From an uncultured Chthonomonadaceae bacterium (GTDB lineage: Bacteria; Armatimonadota; Chthonomonadetes; Chthonomonadales; Chthonomonadaceae), in the NCBI GenBank assembly GCA_963817895.1, contig CAWFQB010000005.1, forward strand, positions 768,001-832,000: DNA of 64,000 nucleotides, given 5' to 3'. The number at the start of each line of letters is the position of its first letter. Position 1 is the stretch's first letter. The notes under the pieces were generated by a model. That model ran no database searches. It worked only from the letters and a program-made list of their open reading frames with translations, and was not told the DNA's origin. This document shows, piece after piece, positions 1 through 9,368 of this stretch. The translations under genes were made by a program, and so were the position numbers.

Positions 1-3000
1 GTGATGCCCACAGCCGTATCTTGATTGGTGGTCACGCTCTGATTATTGGCGGTGGGAGCCAAAACCACCTGTGTCACGGTGATGCTGACAGTGGCGACAT
101 TACTATCTTTAACGCCATTGTTGGCCTTGAACGTGAAGCTGTCGCTGCCGAAGTATCCGGCTGTCGGCGTATACGTCAGGTTGGGAGCCGTGCCACTCAA
201 CGTTCCATGTGTCGGACCGGATACGACGGAGTAGGTCAGCGAACGCGCCGGAGTGTTAGGGTCGGAAGCGGTCAAGGTAATACCGACTGCCGTATCCTGG
301 TTAGTTGTGACCGATTGGTTGTTGGCAACGGGAGCCATAACCACCTGTGTTACGGTGATGCTGACGGTCGCCGCGCTGCTGGTATTGGTGCCGTTACTGA
401 CGGTGAAGGTGAAGCTGTCCGGGCCGAAGTAGCCCGCAGTCGGCGTATAAGTCACACTGCCCGTAGCGGCATTGAAGCCTGACAATGTGCCGTGTGTGGG
501 ATTGCTGGCAATGGCGTAGGTAAGCGTAAGCGCCGGAACGTCATCGTCGGAACCGGTCAGGGTAATGGCTTTGGCCGTGTCCTGATTGGTCGTCACGCTT
601 TGAGGGTTGGCCGTCGGAGTTCCCGCCGCGACGTTGAGAGTGACGGTTGCCGGACTGCTGGTATTCGTGCCGTTGCTGACGGTGAAGGTGAAACTGTCGG
701 TACCATGATAACCCGTAGTCGGTGTATATGTCACGCTGCCGGTGGAGGCATTGAAGCCTGACAATGTGCCGTGTGTGGGATTGCTGGCAATGGCGTAGGT
801 AAGCGTAAGCGCCGGAACGTCAGCGTCGGAACCGGTCAGGGTAATGGCTTTGGCGGTGTTGTGGGCAACGGACACGCTCTGGCCGTTGGCCGTTGGGGTT
901 CCAACAGCGACGGTAAGGGTGACGGTCGCCGCGCTGCTGGTCAAGACTCCATTATTGACGGTGAAGGTGAAAGTGTCGCTGCCATGATAACCCGCAGTCG
1001 GCGTGTAAGTCACACTGCCGGTAGCGGCATTGAAGCCTGACAATGTGCCGTTTGTGGGATTGGTGGCAATGGCGTAGGTAAGACTGCGCGGCGGCGAGTT
1101 CGGATCGGAACCGGTCAAGGTAATGGCTTTGGCGGTGTTGTGGGCAACGGACACGCTTTGATTGTTGGCGGTGGGCCTGCCGATGACGTTGATAGTGACG
1201 GTTGCGATGTTGCTGTCTTCGTAACCATCATTAGCCTTGAACTGGAAGGTGTCTGTTCCGAAGAAACCGGCGTTGGGCTGATACGTCAGATTGGGAGCCG
1301 TGCCGGTCAGGGAGCCGTGCGTGGGATTAGTCGTGACGGTGTAGGTTAGCGAGTCGTTGTCCGCGTCCGATGCGGTCAGCGTGATGTTAATTCCCGTGCT
1401 TTGCCCCGTAGTTACGGTTTGGTTATTGGCGACAGGCGGGGTGTTGATGCCGAGTTTGGCGAAGAACGCCCGCGAAACCACATTGCCGCTTCCCTGTTGC
1501 GTACCGGTGACATAAACGTTATTGCCGACTACGCCCACGCCGGTAGCGGCATCATCCCGCGTGGTTCCGAGATAGGTGGAATAGATCAGCGTGGCATTTC
1601 CGACTTGCGTGGGATCAATTTTGGCGACAAACGCGTCCTGTTCGCTAGGTCCGCCACTATTCTGACCGCCGCCCGCAACGGGGTTGCGTGTTGGGAAATT
1701 GGTGGTCGTGGTATACCCCACAATATAGGCGTTGCCGGAGGCATCCAGGTCTACGCCGAGTCCTCCTGAGTCGATAAGGCCTCCTGAGTTGATAATGGCG
1801 GGTGTGCTGGTGCTGCCGCCGAGGTAGGTGGAGTACAGCAGGCTGTTCGTGCCGTTGATGGTGGTATCCATCTCGAACAGCGTGGCGTTGGAGGATACTA
1901 CATTGTTCGAGCCTGCGGCTCCGCCGCCATACGCGCTTTGCGCCGCGTTCTTCGTGGGAAAGTTGGTGGTGTTGCTCGTGCCTGCTACCCAGACAATGCC
2001 GCTGCCAAGGAACGCCATGCCGAAAGCGTTACTGTTGCGTCCCCCATTAGTGTTATTGTACTCGATGCTGCCGCCGAAATACGTGCCGAACACGAGCGAA
2101 GCATTCCCGCTCTGGTTGGTATCTACGCGCAGCAACAGGGTCTTACTTCCAAATCCCCCCCCATTGGGCAGGGTCGTGGTATACGTGCGGGCGGGCGGGC
2201 CGCCGGGTCCATCCATGTAAGGGGCAGTGGAGTGGGATACAAATACATCACTGGAGCTGGAATTTCCGATCACGTACGCGGTTCCGGGGTTCTGCGGGTC
2301 GGCAGCAATCCCCTCGCAGCTGGTATCGTTGTCACCCTCGAAAATGGTAGCGTAGACGAGCGTCTTGTAGGTGGCGCCACTCCCTTGCAGCCGAGCGACA
2401 AGGCCTACGGTAGCGCCGTTGCTGGCATCTTGAAAGTACTGGTCATACGTATTGTAGCCGTTCGTCAGGGGCGGGAATGGCTGGTTGTTGAAATTGCGAA
2501 CGGAGGACTCCCCCTGCATTCCGATACCGGTGGACCCGGCGAGGTAGATGTTGGTTCCCGCCGCGTCTACGGAAATGGCATTGATAGAGGAAGTGGTTTG
2601 CCAGCCGAAGTAGCTGCCATATTGCACCACCCCCAAGTCATTTAATTTTGCCACATAGCCGTTTGACCTGTTGGCGGTATTAGTGCCGAGCGCCATCTGG
2701 TAGCCATTGGGAACCGGCATATTCGTAGAGGCTGCCGCTCCACAGATATAGACGTTGTTTGCGCCGTCGAGAGCAACGCCGGAGCCTTGATCATTGCCAT
2801 TGCCGCCGATGATACTCAGGTACTTTAGCGCACCGGTGGAATCCAGCTTGATGACATACATGTCATTGAGATTTTGAGAAATGTTTTGATTGGTTGGTGT
2901 GCCGCTGGGATTGGCGCCGTTGAGCGTGGTCGTTCCGCCGGAATAGTAGGTCAGGGTCGTGTTGTTGCCCTGATTGGTGTTGTAGGCAACAGTTCCGACA

Positions 3001-3923
3001 CTGTAGGAGTTGCCGTTGCTGTCCACAACAGTGCCTGCGCCCAGGTTGGACGCCCGTACCCCCGATGCGTTGCCAATCAGCGTGTTGAAGTAGTGTACAA
3101 CCAGAACGGGGTCAATCACGAGCGGGCGGGCGTGATCGTAATTCGCCAGCGCAAAGCCGACGCGCGCATCCCCGGAAGGCTGGATTTTTACGTCGTAACG
3201 CGCGGGGACGGGCGTTCGCTTGCCGTTGATGTTCTGGTAAGCGACCGGGCGCTGCCAGCGCACTTCGCCCGTTCCCATGCCAAGCCGCAGATTGCCCGCC
3301 TCATCCACCCTGATATGCTTCGCGCCCTCGAAATTCAAGCGCACTTTGGAAGCGTCCGCGCCGGGGCGGACGATGAAATCGTATTCCAACTGCTTTTGAT
3401 TGCCGTAGTACACCAGGTCTACGCCGGAATACACCTGCTTCAAGCGGACGCGGGAAAACGTCGGTACGCCTGTATGCCACTTTTTGGGGTTATTGCCGAT
3501 GAAATAGTTGATTTTACCGGGCAGTTCCGCTTCGCCCGTCACTTCGGGGCGCGGATTGGCTCCCACCAGTTTCATCCGCATCGGCCTGTCCGGCGCGGCG
3601 GCAATTCGCGTATGGGATTTCGCTTTTGCTGTTCTTGGAGCGGTTTTTGCCGCATCCGTTCGGGCGTTGAGGCCGAGCAGCACTTCCCCCGGCGTGATGG
3701 CGACCTGATAGTCTCCATGCAGGGAAAGGAAGCGAGCATCGCCCCCGACCTGTCCCATGTTCTGCTCGAATTGCAGCGGGGTGACGGCATACTTTGTGTC
3801 AATCCGCGCCTTGCCTTTTGCAGCGAGTGGCGTCTGACTCCAGGAAACGGAAGTGGCTGCGGCGAACAGGGCAAGGATCGCGGGCAGCGGACGACGTAAA
3901 GGCGTAGTCCATTTGTAGCGCAT
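1..3923 (-). CDS. Giant secreted surface protein (>1300 aa, truncated by window edge): signal peptide, SBBP beta-propeller repeats, tandem ~93-aa Ig/cadherin-like repeats
   Basis: Absent from the ORF track because it has no stop in the window. Manual translation from ATG 3923 gives MRYKWTTPLRRPLPAILALFAAATSVSWSQ...PLQFEQNMGQ, then SBBP-type motifs (AYIVGYTTTTNFP, DAFVAKI) and repeats like APTANNQSVTTNQDTAV..LTYTPTAGYFGSDSFTF..SNVATVSITV. The same frame holds at position 3. Confidence 0.9.
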   Translation of the reverse strand, partial: MRYKWTTPLRRPLPAILALFAAATSVSWSQTPLAAKGKARIDTKYAVTPLQFEQNMGQVGGDARFLSLHGDYQVAITPGEVLLGLNARTDAAKTAPRTAKAKSHTRIAAAPDRPMRMKLVGANPRPEVTGEAELPGKINYFIGNNPKKWHTGVPTFSRVRLKQVYSGVDLVYYGNQKQLEYDFIVRPGADASKVRLNFEGAKHIRVDEAGNLRLGMGTGEVRWQRPVAYQNINGKRTPVPARYDVKIQPSGDARVGFALANYDHARPLVIDPVLVVHYFNTLIGNASGVRASNLGAGTVVDSNGNSYSVGTVAYNTNQGNNTTLTYYSGGTTTLNGANPSGTPTNQNISQNLNDMYVIKLDSTGALKYLSIIGGNGNDQGSGVALDGANNVYICGAAASTNMPVPNGYQMALGTNTANRSNGYVAKLNDLGVVQYGSYFGWQTTSSINAISVDAAGTNIYLAGSTGIGMQGESSVRNFNNQPFPPLTNGYNTYDQYFQDASNGATVGLVARLQGSGATYKTLVYATIFEGDNDTSCEGIAADPQNPGTAYVIGNSSSSDVFVSHSTAPYMDGPGGPPARTYTTTLPNGGGFGSKTLLLRVDTNQSGNASLVFGTYFGGSIEYNNTNGGRNSNAFGMAFLGSGIVWVAGTSNTTNFPTKNAAQSAYGGGAAGSNNVVSSNATLFEMDTTINGTNSLLYSTYLGGSTSTPAIINSGGLIDSGGLGVDLDASGNAYIVGYTTTTNFPTRNPVAGGGQNSGGPSEQDAFVAKIDPTQVGNATLIYSTYLGTTRDDAATGVGVVGNNVYVTGTQQGSGNVVSRAFFAKLGINTPPVANNQTVTTGQSTGINITLTASDADNDSLTYTVTTNPTHGSLTGTAPNLTYQPNAGFFGTDTFQFKANDGYEDSNIATVTINVIGRPTANNQSVSVAHNTAKAITLTGSDPNSPPRSLTYAIATNPTNGTLSGFNAATGSVTYTPTAGYHGSDTFTFTVNNGVLTSSAATVTLTVAVGTPTANGQSVSVAHNTAKAITLTGSDADVPALTLTYAIASNPTHGTLSGFNASTGSVTYTPTTGYHGTDSFTFTVSNGTNTSSPATVTLNVAAGTPTANPQSVTTNQDTAKAITLTGSDDDVPALTLTYAIASNPTHGTLSGFNAATGSVTYTPTAGYFGPDSFTFTVSNGTNTSSAATVSITVTQVVMAPVANNQSVTTNQDTAVGITLTASDPNTPARSLTYSVVSGPTHGTLSGTAPNLTYTPTAGYFGSDSFTFKANNGVKDSNVATVSITVTQVVLAPTANNQSVTTNQDTAVGI
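190..1450 (-). repeat. Intragenic ~279-bp tandem repeats encoding Ig-like domains
   Basis: ggcattgaagcctgacaatgtgccgt recurs at 468, 747 and 1026 (period 279); the shadow ORFs 492..761 and 771..1040 are near identical. Confidence 0.9.
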
Positions 3924-4121
3924 GAAAATTCTCCGGGGTGTGCCTGAACCTACATCGGCAGGCAGGAGGAAAAGCGGTTGGGGCGGACAACCGGCACAAG
4001 TATAACACAGAAAACATTACAACACAATTCAATTACAAAGGTATGTGGCCTGCGTGAACAAAAACAGGTATAATTTTCCCGCGCTCAGGCCTGTCGCGCC
4101 GGACAGAAAGGTAAATGTGAG

Positions 4122-4436
4122 ATGGATATACTGACTCTGGATTCTTTTGTGCCGCAGGTGGAAGCCACCTTTCTTTGCCGTCTTGAAAACGGCGACGCCT
4201 ACGCCCTGCGGCTTGTGGAAGCGTCGGAAATCGGGCGGCAGAACACCGCGGGAACAGGCAGTGCCGGGGCAGGAGAACGCCGCCCGTTTTCTCTGATTTT
4301 TCTCGGTCCGGCAGACGTTGCGCTTCCGCAAAGCATTTACCGACTGGAACATGCCGACATGGAACCGTTGTCCATTTTTCTGGTTCCCATCAGCCGGGAC
4401 GCGATGGGTACGCGCTACCAGGCTGTCTTTAACTGA
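4122..4436 (+). CDS. DUF6916-like small protein
   Basis: Motifs RRPFSLIFLGP, LPQSIYRLEH, IFLVPI and C-terminal YQAVFN, typical of the family found beside tail-collar/GNAT cassettes. Confidence 0.8.
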   Translation: MDILTLDSFVPQVEATFLCRLENGDAYALRLVEASEIGRQNTAGTGSAGAGERRPFSLIFLGPADVALPQSIYRLEHADMEPLSIFLVPISRDAMGTRYQAVFN

Positions 4437-4911
4437 CCGGCAGCCGCTTCATCAGGGTATACACGCCCTGTTCCTCAACGGGCGTAAATCCGAAGCGGAC
4501 ATACAAGTTTGCGGCGCGGTTGAACTGTTCCACGTAAAGCAGTACCGGTTTACCGTCTGCATCCGCTTCGGCCAGCAAAGCGCGTACCAGCGCGCTTCCC
4601 ATACCCCCGCCCCGCGCTTCGGTCAGCAGGGCAATGTCGAGCAGGCGAATCTCCTTCGCGCCGCGATACACGTACAGCCTGCCGACAGGAACCTCCGATT
4701 TGAGAATGATGTGGAAATCCGCGTCCGCGTAATGGGTCTGATAGTGGCGCTGCTGCGCGGCAAACTGCATACGCAAAAAGATTTCCCGCTGCGCCGAATC
4801 CCAGGGAAGCGGCGCGAGTTCTTCCAGGCGCGTGGACGCATAAACCTGATACAGAAATTCCTCATCCGTCGGCAGTACGCGCCGCAGTGTCCATTCCGGC
4901 TCATTTTGCAT
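4429..4911 (-). CDS. GNAT family N-acetyltransferase
   Basis: LDIALLTEARGGGMGSALVRALL acetyl-CoA motif and N-x-A-x-x-LY-x-RFGF. Start moved to ATG 4911 because the upstream part of the ORF is a translated heptamer repeat. Confidence 0.9.
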   Translation of the reverse strand: MQNEPEWTLRRVLPTDEEFLYQVYASTRLEELAPLPWDSAQREIFLRMQFAAQQRHYQTHYADADFHIILKSEVPVGRLYVYRGAKEIRLLDIALLTEARGGGMGSALVRALLAEADADGKPVLLYVEQFNRAANLYVRFGFTPVEEQGVYTLMKRLPVS

Positions 4912-4937
4912 CTTGCGGTTCCCGTCACTCTGAAATG

Positions 4938-5047
4938 TCGGTATTTGGTGTTCGGTGTTCGGTGTTCGGGGCGATGCAAAAGCGCGGACGTTTTCCTCAA
5001 CGCGATATAGACTTATCCGAATACCAAATACCGAACACCGAACACCA
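4938..5047. repeat. Heptamer inverted-repeat hairpin (GGTGTTC)n ... (GAACACC)n
   Basis: cggtatttggtgttcggtgttcggtgttcgg pairs with ccgaataccaaataccgaacaccgaacacc. Confidence 0.85.
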
Positions 5048-5051
5048 ATCC

Positions 5052-5579
5052 TCACGACCTTGATGGATAAATACCCTGCAAAGCAATAACGAACATCATC
5101 GTCTGGTAGGGTGCGAGATTGTTGTGCGGCTGGCTGTTGCCTGCTGTGACGACAGCCTGCGGCGCAAGTGATGGGGGCGAGGAGGGCAGCGCGGCTGCGT
5201 ACAAAGAGGCTCCAGGGCCGGTGTTCGCCGTCAGATTGCCGTTGGTTGAATTGAGGGACGCAGTCTCCCGGTCTCCCTGGAGTCCATGCGCGTGAGCGGG
5301 CATTTGGGAGGTGTTCAGCGTTACCGCGCTTTCGCCCCCTGTTTGCCCTACGTCATAATTGGATAATCCCGGCCCTTGCTGCCAGTGCATCGCCGCGCGT
5401 CCCTGCAAGTTGGGCAGTCCGAAGTTTGTTTGCCCATTGCCGCCAAAATTCGTCCCCAACAGGGAGAAAAGCGCGGTGTTTTGACTGATCGGAAGCAATT
5501 GCCCGTCACAGGCTGCCCAACCTTGCGGCGCGAAGTTGAAGCCGACAATGCGAATCTCGCCCACAAATGCCTCTGCCAT
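5052..5579 (-). CDS. Tail-collar domain / microcystin-dependent-protein-like, copy 3
   Basis: MAEAFVGEIRIVGFNFAPQGWAACDGQLL..FGLPNLQGR, MPAHAH, PHNNL..FVIALQGIYPSRS; GGAGG RBS before ATG 5579. Confidence 0.92.
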   Translation of the reverse strand: MAEAFVGEIRIVGFNFAPQGWAACDGQLLPISQNTALFSLLGTNFGGNGQTNFGLPNLQGRAAMHWQQGPGLSNYDVGQTGGESAVTLNTSQMPAHAHGLQGDRETASLNSTNGNLTANTGPGASLYAAALPSSPPSLAPQAVVTAGNSQPHNNLAPYQTMMFVIALQGIYPSRS

Positions 5580-5708
5580 AAAAACCTCCTTTGCAAACGA
5601 CTGCAAACGCTAGGCCGAAGAACGCCTGCGCGTTCTGAATAGCGGCCCGGCAATAGAACAGGTTGAAATCGCGCGCAAGATTTCAGAAGGGCGCGAACTC
5701 ATCGAAAA

Positions 5709-6221
5709 TTAGTTCTGAGACGGAAAAACACCGAACAGAGAAATGATAAAGGTCACGCATTGATAGGGAGGCATGTTGTCATGGGGTTGATTGCCGCCCG
5801 TCGGCTGGATAGCGTTTCCCATCTGGCGCGGATTTCCCGGCCCGCTGTAAATGGATACGCTTGAGGACACCCCCAACACATTGCCGACCGGGGAGGCGGA
5901 ATTGGAATTGGCGGCCGTACCCGCGAGGGTATGCGTGTGCGAAGGGATTTGGTTTGTCGTCAGGGTGACGGTTTCCGCGCCGCCCCTTTGTCCGAAAGCC
6001 AGCGCGCCCTGGCCGCTATCGCCCATATGAATAGGAACGCGCCCGCGCAGGTCCGGCAGGCCGAACGTGTTTTGTCCGTCGCCGCCATAAGTCGTGCCGA
6101 GCAGGGCAAACAGGGCATCGTATTCTGAAATGTTCAGAAGCTGCCCGTTGCAAAACGCCCAGCCCTGCGGCTCGAAATTCCAGCCGCCCATGCGAATCTC
6201 ACCGATGTACGATTCTGCCAT
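5709..6221 (-). CDS. Tail-collar domain / microcystin-dependent-protein-like, copy 2
   Basis: YIGEIRMGGWNFEPQGWAFCNGQLL..FGLPDLRGRVP, IPSHTH, PHDNMPPY. Confidence 0.92.
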   Translation of the reverse strand: MAESYIGEIRMGGWNFEPQGWAFCNGQLLNISEYDALFALLGTTYGGDGQNTFGLPDLRGRVPIHMGDSGQGALAFGQRGGAETVTLTTNQIPSHTHTLAGTAANSNSASPVGNVLGVSSSVSIYSGPGNPRQMGNAIQPTGGNQPHDNMPPYQCVTFIISLFGVFPSQN

Positions 6222-6231
6222 CGTGTCCTCC

Positions 6232-6741
6232 TCAGTTGCGAGATGGGAAAATGCCCTGTAAAGCGATACAGAAATTGACCGCTAAATAGGGCGACATGTT
6301 GTTGTGGGGTTGTGACCCGCCGAAAGGCAAAATCGCCGCCGGGGCCAGCGGGGCGTTCAGGGGCGAGTTAGCCGGCGCGTAGGTGTTGCCGAAAGAACTG
6401 GCGGCCAGATAGTGGGTGCCGGGAGTGGGTTGATCGCCTCCGGCTCCGCTGACGGCAAGCGCATGGGTGTGCTGGGCCATCTCCCCTGACACCAGCGTAT
6501 GCTGCTGTTGACCCCCGACAGAACCCTGCGGAAACGTTTGATTGCGGTGCATGGCCGCGCGGGCCTGCAAATTGGGCAGGGCGAAGTTTGTTCGCCCATC
6601 GCCGCCATACGTGGTGCCGAGCAGCGCGAAAAGCGCCTGATTTTGACTGATCGGAAGCAATTGTCCGTTACAAGCCGCCCAGCCCCTTGGCGCGTAATTG
6701 AACGCGAAGACGCGCACTTCCCCCAGAAAAGGGTCTGCCAT
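6232..6741 (-). CDS. Tail-collar domain / microcystin-dependent-protein-like, copy 1
   Basis: FLGEVRVFAFNYAPRGWAACNGQLL..FALPNLQ, QHTH, PHNNMSPY..FCIALQGIFPSRN; GGAGG RBS. Confidence 0.92.
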   Translation of the reverse strand: MADPFLGEVRVFAFNYAPRGWAACNGQLLPISQNQALFALLGTTYGGDGRTNFALPNLQARAAMHRNQTFPQGSVGGQQQHTLVSGEMAQHTHALAVSGAGGDQPTPGTHYLAASSFGNTYAPANSPLNAPLAPAAILPFGGSQPHNNMSPYLAVNFCIALQGIFPSRN

Positions 6742-6983
6742 ACTGTCCTCCTCCTTGTGAACAGGTTTAATGCCGCGCGACGGCCCGCCCTATCCCGCGC
6801 TAATGAAGCCGGGAAGGATGTTTTTGCCGGATGCGGGAAATCTTTGCGCGTTGGTGTAAGATAGCATTTACCTGCTCGTTTAGAGAGTTTAGCCGATATT
6901 GCAAATTATGTCAATTATCATAGTCACAATATAACTGTGAACTATTTCACAAGCAGGGAGAAGAGCGATTGTTGGGCGGACGT

Positions 6984-7628
6984 TCAGCCGGTTGGGAGAG
7001 AATCGGCGAAGGAGCGCGTTGCCAGAACGATTTCGGCATTGGGGCGGTCATTGGTTTCCATGCGATGGACAGCGGCTTCGCTCGTCCATTTCCATACGCG
7101 GATGTGGCGCTCGATAACGCGCTGCATGGCAACGTCAAGGGGCGTGTCCAGATACCAGCGCTCATCGAAACTGCGGCTGACATCTGCCCATTCGCCCTCC
7201 TGATGCAGCAGATACAGTCCCTCTACCAATACCAGTCGAACGGAGGGCGCAATTACGAGCGCGTTCTCAACCGGATCGCCAATGTCGTGCTGAAAATCCG
7301 GCCACGCCACGCTCTCCTGTCTCGCCGCTACTCGCAATCGCTGTAGCCGTTCTGTAAGCGCGGCGGGATCGAACGTCCAGGGCGCTCCGCGCCGCGCAAA
7401 CGCCTCTTCCGGGTCGGGCATCTGCCGCAGTCGCGCTTTGGTCAGGTGAAAGCCGTCCATGCCGAGCGCAATCATGGTTCCCGGCTGCGCGCGGGCGTTC
7501 ACTTCCGCCGTCCACTGCGCGGCAAGGGTGCTTTTGCCCGCCCCCGGCAACCCGGCAAGGCCGATCAGCAGGCGCGGCGCGTCGGCCTCCAGTAGTTCCA
7601 GCAATCTGTTGACGGGATTGAATTTCAT
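6984..7628 (-). CDS. P-loop kinase (uridine/pantothenate kinase-like, YggC/FrcK family)
   Basis: Walker A GLPGAGKST, MDGFH, RRGAPWTFD, VLVEGLYLL. Confidence 0.85.
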   Translation of the reverse strand: MKFNPVNRLLELLEADAPRLLIGLAGLPGAGKSTLAAQWTAEVNARAQPGTMIALGMDGFHLTKARLRQMPDPEEAFARRGAPWTFDPAALTERLQRLRVAARQESVAWPDFQHDIGDPVENALVIAPSVRLVLVEGLYLLHQEGEWADVSRSFDERWYLDTPLDVAMQRVIERHIRVWKWTSEAAVHRMETNDRPNAEIVLATRSFADSLPTG

Positions 7629-7779
7629 GAGGTGAAGCCTTATTCGTAGTTCATTGACGCAGACCGGAAAACGTGGAGGCTGCTTCCGAGAGCATCATGT
7701 GTCCGGGATAGGTATATCTACTGGAATTCACCGGAATATTTGCTTGAAAGTGGTTTGATCCATGCTCTTAAGACCTTTC

Positions 7780-7795
7780 TGGCATGAAACTTGCT
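7780..7795 (+). promoter_or_regulatory. Sigma-54 (-24/-12) promoter of the PEP-CTERM gene
   Basis: TGGCATGAAACTTGCT matches TGGCAC-N5-TTGC with exact GG-N10-GC spacing, about 110 nt upstream of the ATG. Confidence 0.7.
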
Positions 7796-7903
7796 ATATC
7801 AGTGGTAGCGCAGTCTTGAACGGCTCTGCCCGAAACGCTCTCCCGGGAGCGTTCCGACAGCCACTTAACAGGAAGACAGGACATAGAAAGAAACAGGTCT
7901 TAA

Positions 7904-8557
7904 ATGAATCGCTGTATACTGATTTGCTCTCTAATTGCTCTCGGATCCGGCGTGTCTGCCCTGGCACATGCGCAGACGCCCGCTTATACCTTTGCCTCTG
8001 CTCCCGTCAGTCATGACAATCCGTTGAGCCTCGGCTTTGTATTCAGCACAAGCGCTCCGGTAGAGGTCAGGGCGCTGGGTTACTATGATGAGGGACAGGA
8101 TGGCTTCGCCACTGCGCATGAGGTCGGTATCTTCGACGCGGGCGGCGCGCTGCTGACTTCGACCCTGCTTTCATCAGGAACGGTGGAAACGCTCACGGAT
8201 CAGTTCCGCTACAAAGCGATTACGCCGTTTGTTCTGGCTGCCGGTTCCACGTATACCCTTGCCGCAACCACCTATGGCTCTGCGGATGGATGGGCTTATG
8301 GCAATGCGGGGGCTTCTCTCGCGGGTTTCACCGTAGACCCGCGTATTTCCATTGCCAACAATGCCAGCCGTTTTCACTACCAGAGCGACAATGTCCTGCG
8401 CGATCCCCAGGATGTGTTCGGTTATACTATCTATGCCGGCCCTAACTTCCTGATCGGCGCAGCCAACGTTCCCGAACCCGGCTCTGTCGCTTTTCTCGCC
8501 GGTGTCGGCTTGAGCAGTATCGGCTTCCTCGCGCGCCGCCGCAAAAAGTCCCGCTAA
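7904..8557 (+). CDS. PEP-CTERM sorting domain protein (DUF4082-like body)
   Basis: Signal peptide; C-terminal VPEPGSVAFLAGVGLSSIGFLARRRKK. Confidence 0.92.
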   Translation: MNRCILICSLIALGSGVSALAHAQTPAYTFASAPVSHDNPLSLGFVFSTSAPVEVRALGYYDEGQDGFATAHEVGIFDAGGALLTSTLLSSGTVETLTDQFRYKAITPFVLAAGSTYTLAATTYGSADGWAYGNAGASLAGFTVDPRISIANNASRFHYQSDNVLRDPQDVFGYTIYAGPNFLIGAANVPEPGSVAFLAGVGLSSIGFLARRRKKSR

Positions 8558-9108
8558 CGTATCCCTGCTGCGATGTTGAATTGCCTTCGGAATATCGCCA
8601 GTGTTCCGAAGGCAACGAGAATCAGGGCGCAATCGCCAGTTGCGCCCAAACGGAAACAAACGGCTATGGCGCGATGATCGTAGCCGGCGTTTCCGTCTGC
8701 GCAGTCGCTGTTGCTGTCAGCACGGTTTGGATCGTTTCCACAACGACCTCATGCGTGGGCGTCAGGTGTTGGGGATTCGAATTTCTGCCTCTTCCCTCTT
8801 CCTTTTTCCCTCTTCCCTTTGTTCTGCCTGAAGCGCGTTTTGCAGGGCGGCGAGGAAGGATTCAAAGCCTGTTCCGCGCTTTGAACAAATATCTGCGCGA
8901 CAAAACAGCGCCTTAACATAGTCAAATATTGTAATGTGCTATTATGCGCCTAACGCGCAAACCTCACGCGCCGAAGTTAGATTTCAACTTACGCAACATA
9001 ATGTAAGCCACTTGCGACACGTACCCCGTTCAAGTGGCTTGCTGCTGCCTTCATCCAATGCCATTGTACAGCAGGCAATTCCATTCAATCGCGTTTGCTC
9101 AATCCCGC

Positions 9109-9137
9109 TTGATTTTTCATAGTAAATTGGCTATAAT
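9109..9137 (+). promoter_or_regulatory. Sigma-70 promoter of the toxin-antitoxin locus
   Basis: TTGATT-N17-TATAAT followed by AAGGAG RBS. Confidence 0.6.
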
Positions 9138-9159
9138 TCTAAAGGAGACAGACGCCATT

Positions 9160-9368
9160 ATGGATTTAACGCCGCCAAAACGTCCCGTTCATATGTCCAT
9201 TATGTCTTCATGAAGAAAAGTCGCTCAAGAATAAGCACCTCACAGAACGATATTGAGAAAATCAATGCGCGGCTTCGCGATGCCGAAGAACACTATCAGG
9301 AAACGTATGGCGCTGCTGCACAACAGGAGGAAGAGAGTGGAACCAAAAGTACACGTAGGAAGCGGTAA
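9160..9368 (+). pseudogene. Internally deleted RelE/ParE (Gp49-like) toxin remnant
   Basis: N-terminal MDLTPPKRPVH is joined out of frame to YVHYVFMKKSRSRISTSQNDIEKINARLRDAEEHY, the typical C-terminus of Gp49-like toxins; the core is missing. Confidence 0.7.

Noticed and set aside
468..1060. CRISPR-like periodic repeats
   Set aside because: Period is 279 bp, in frame and coding; no 25-45 bp repeat-spacer array or cas genes anywhere
21..3899. Many plus-strand ORFs (e.g. 21..482, 1938..2645, 2874..3899)
   Set aside because: Antisense shadows of the giant minus-strand CDS
5052..6741. Prophage or contractile injection system suggested by tail-collar genes
   Set aside because: No capsid, terminase, sheath, tube, baseplate or integrase genes in the window
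8581..9122. ORFs 8581..8916 and 8934..9122
   Set aside because: No recognisable motifs or RBS; partly low-complexity repeat sequence
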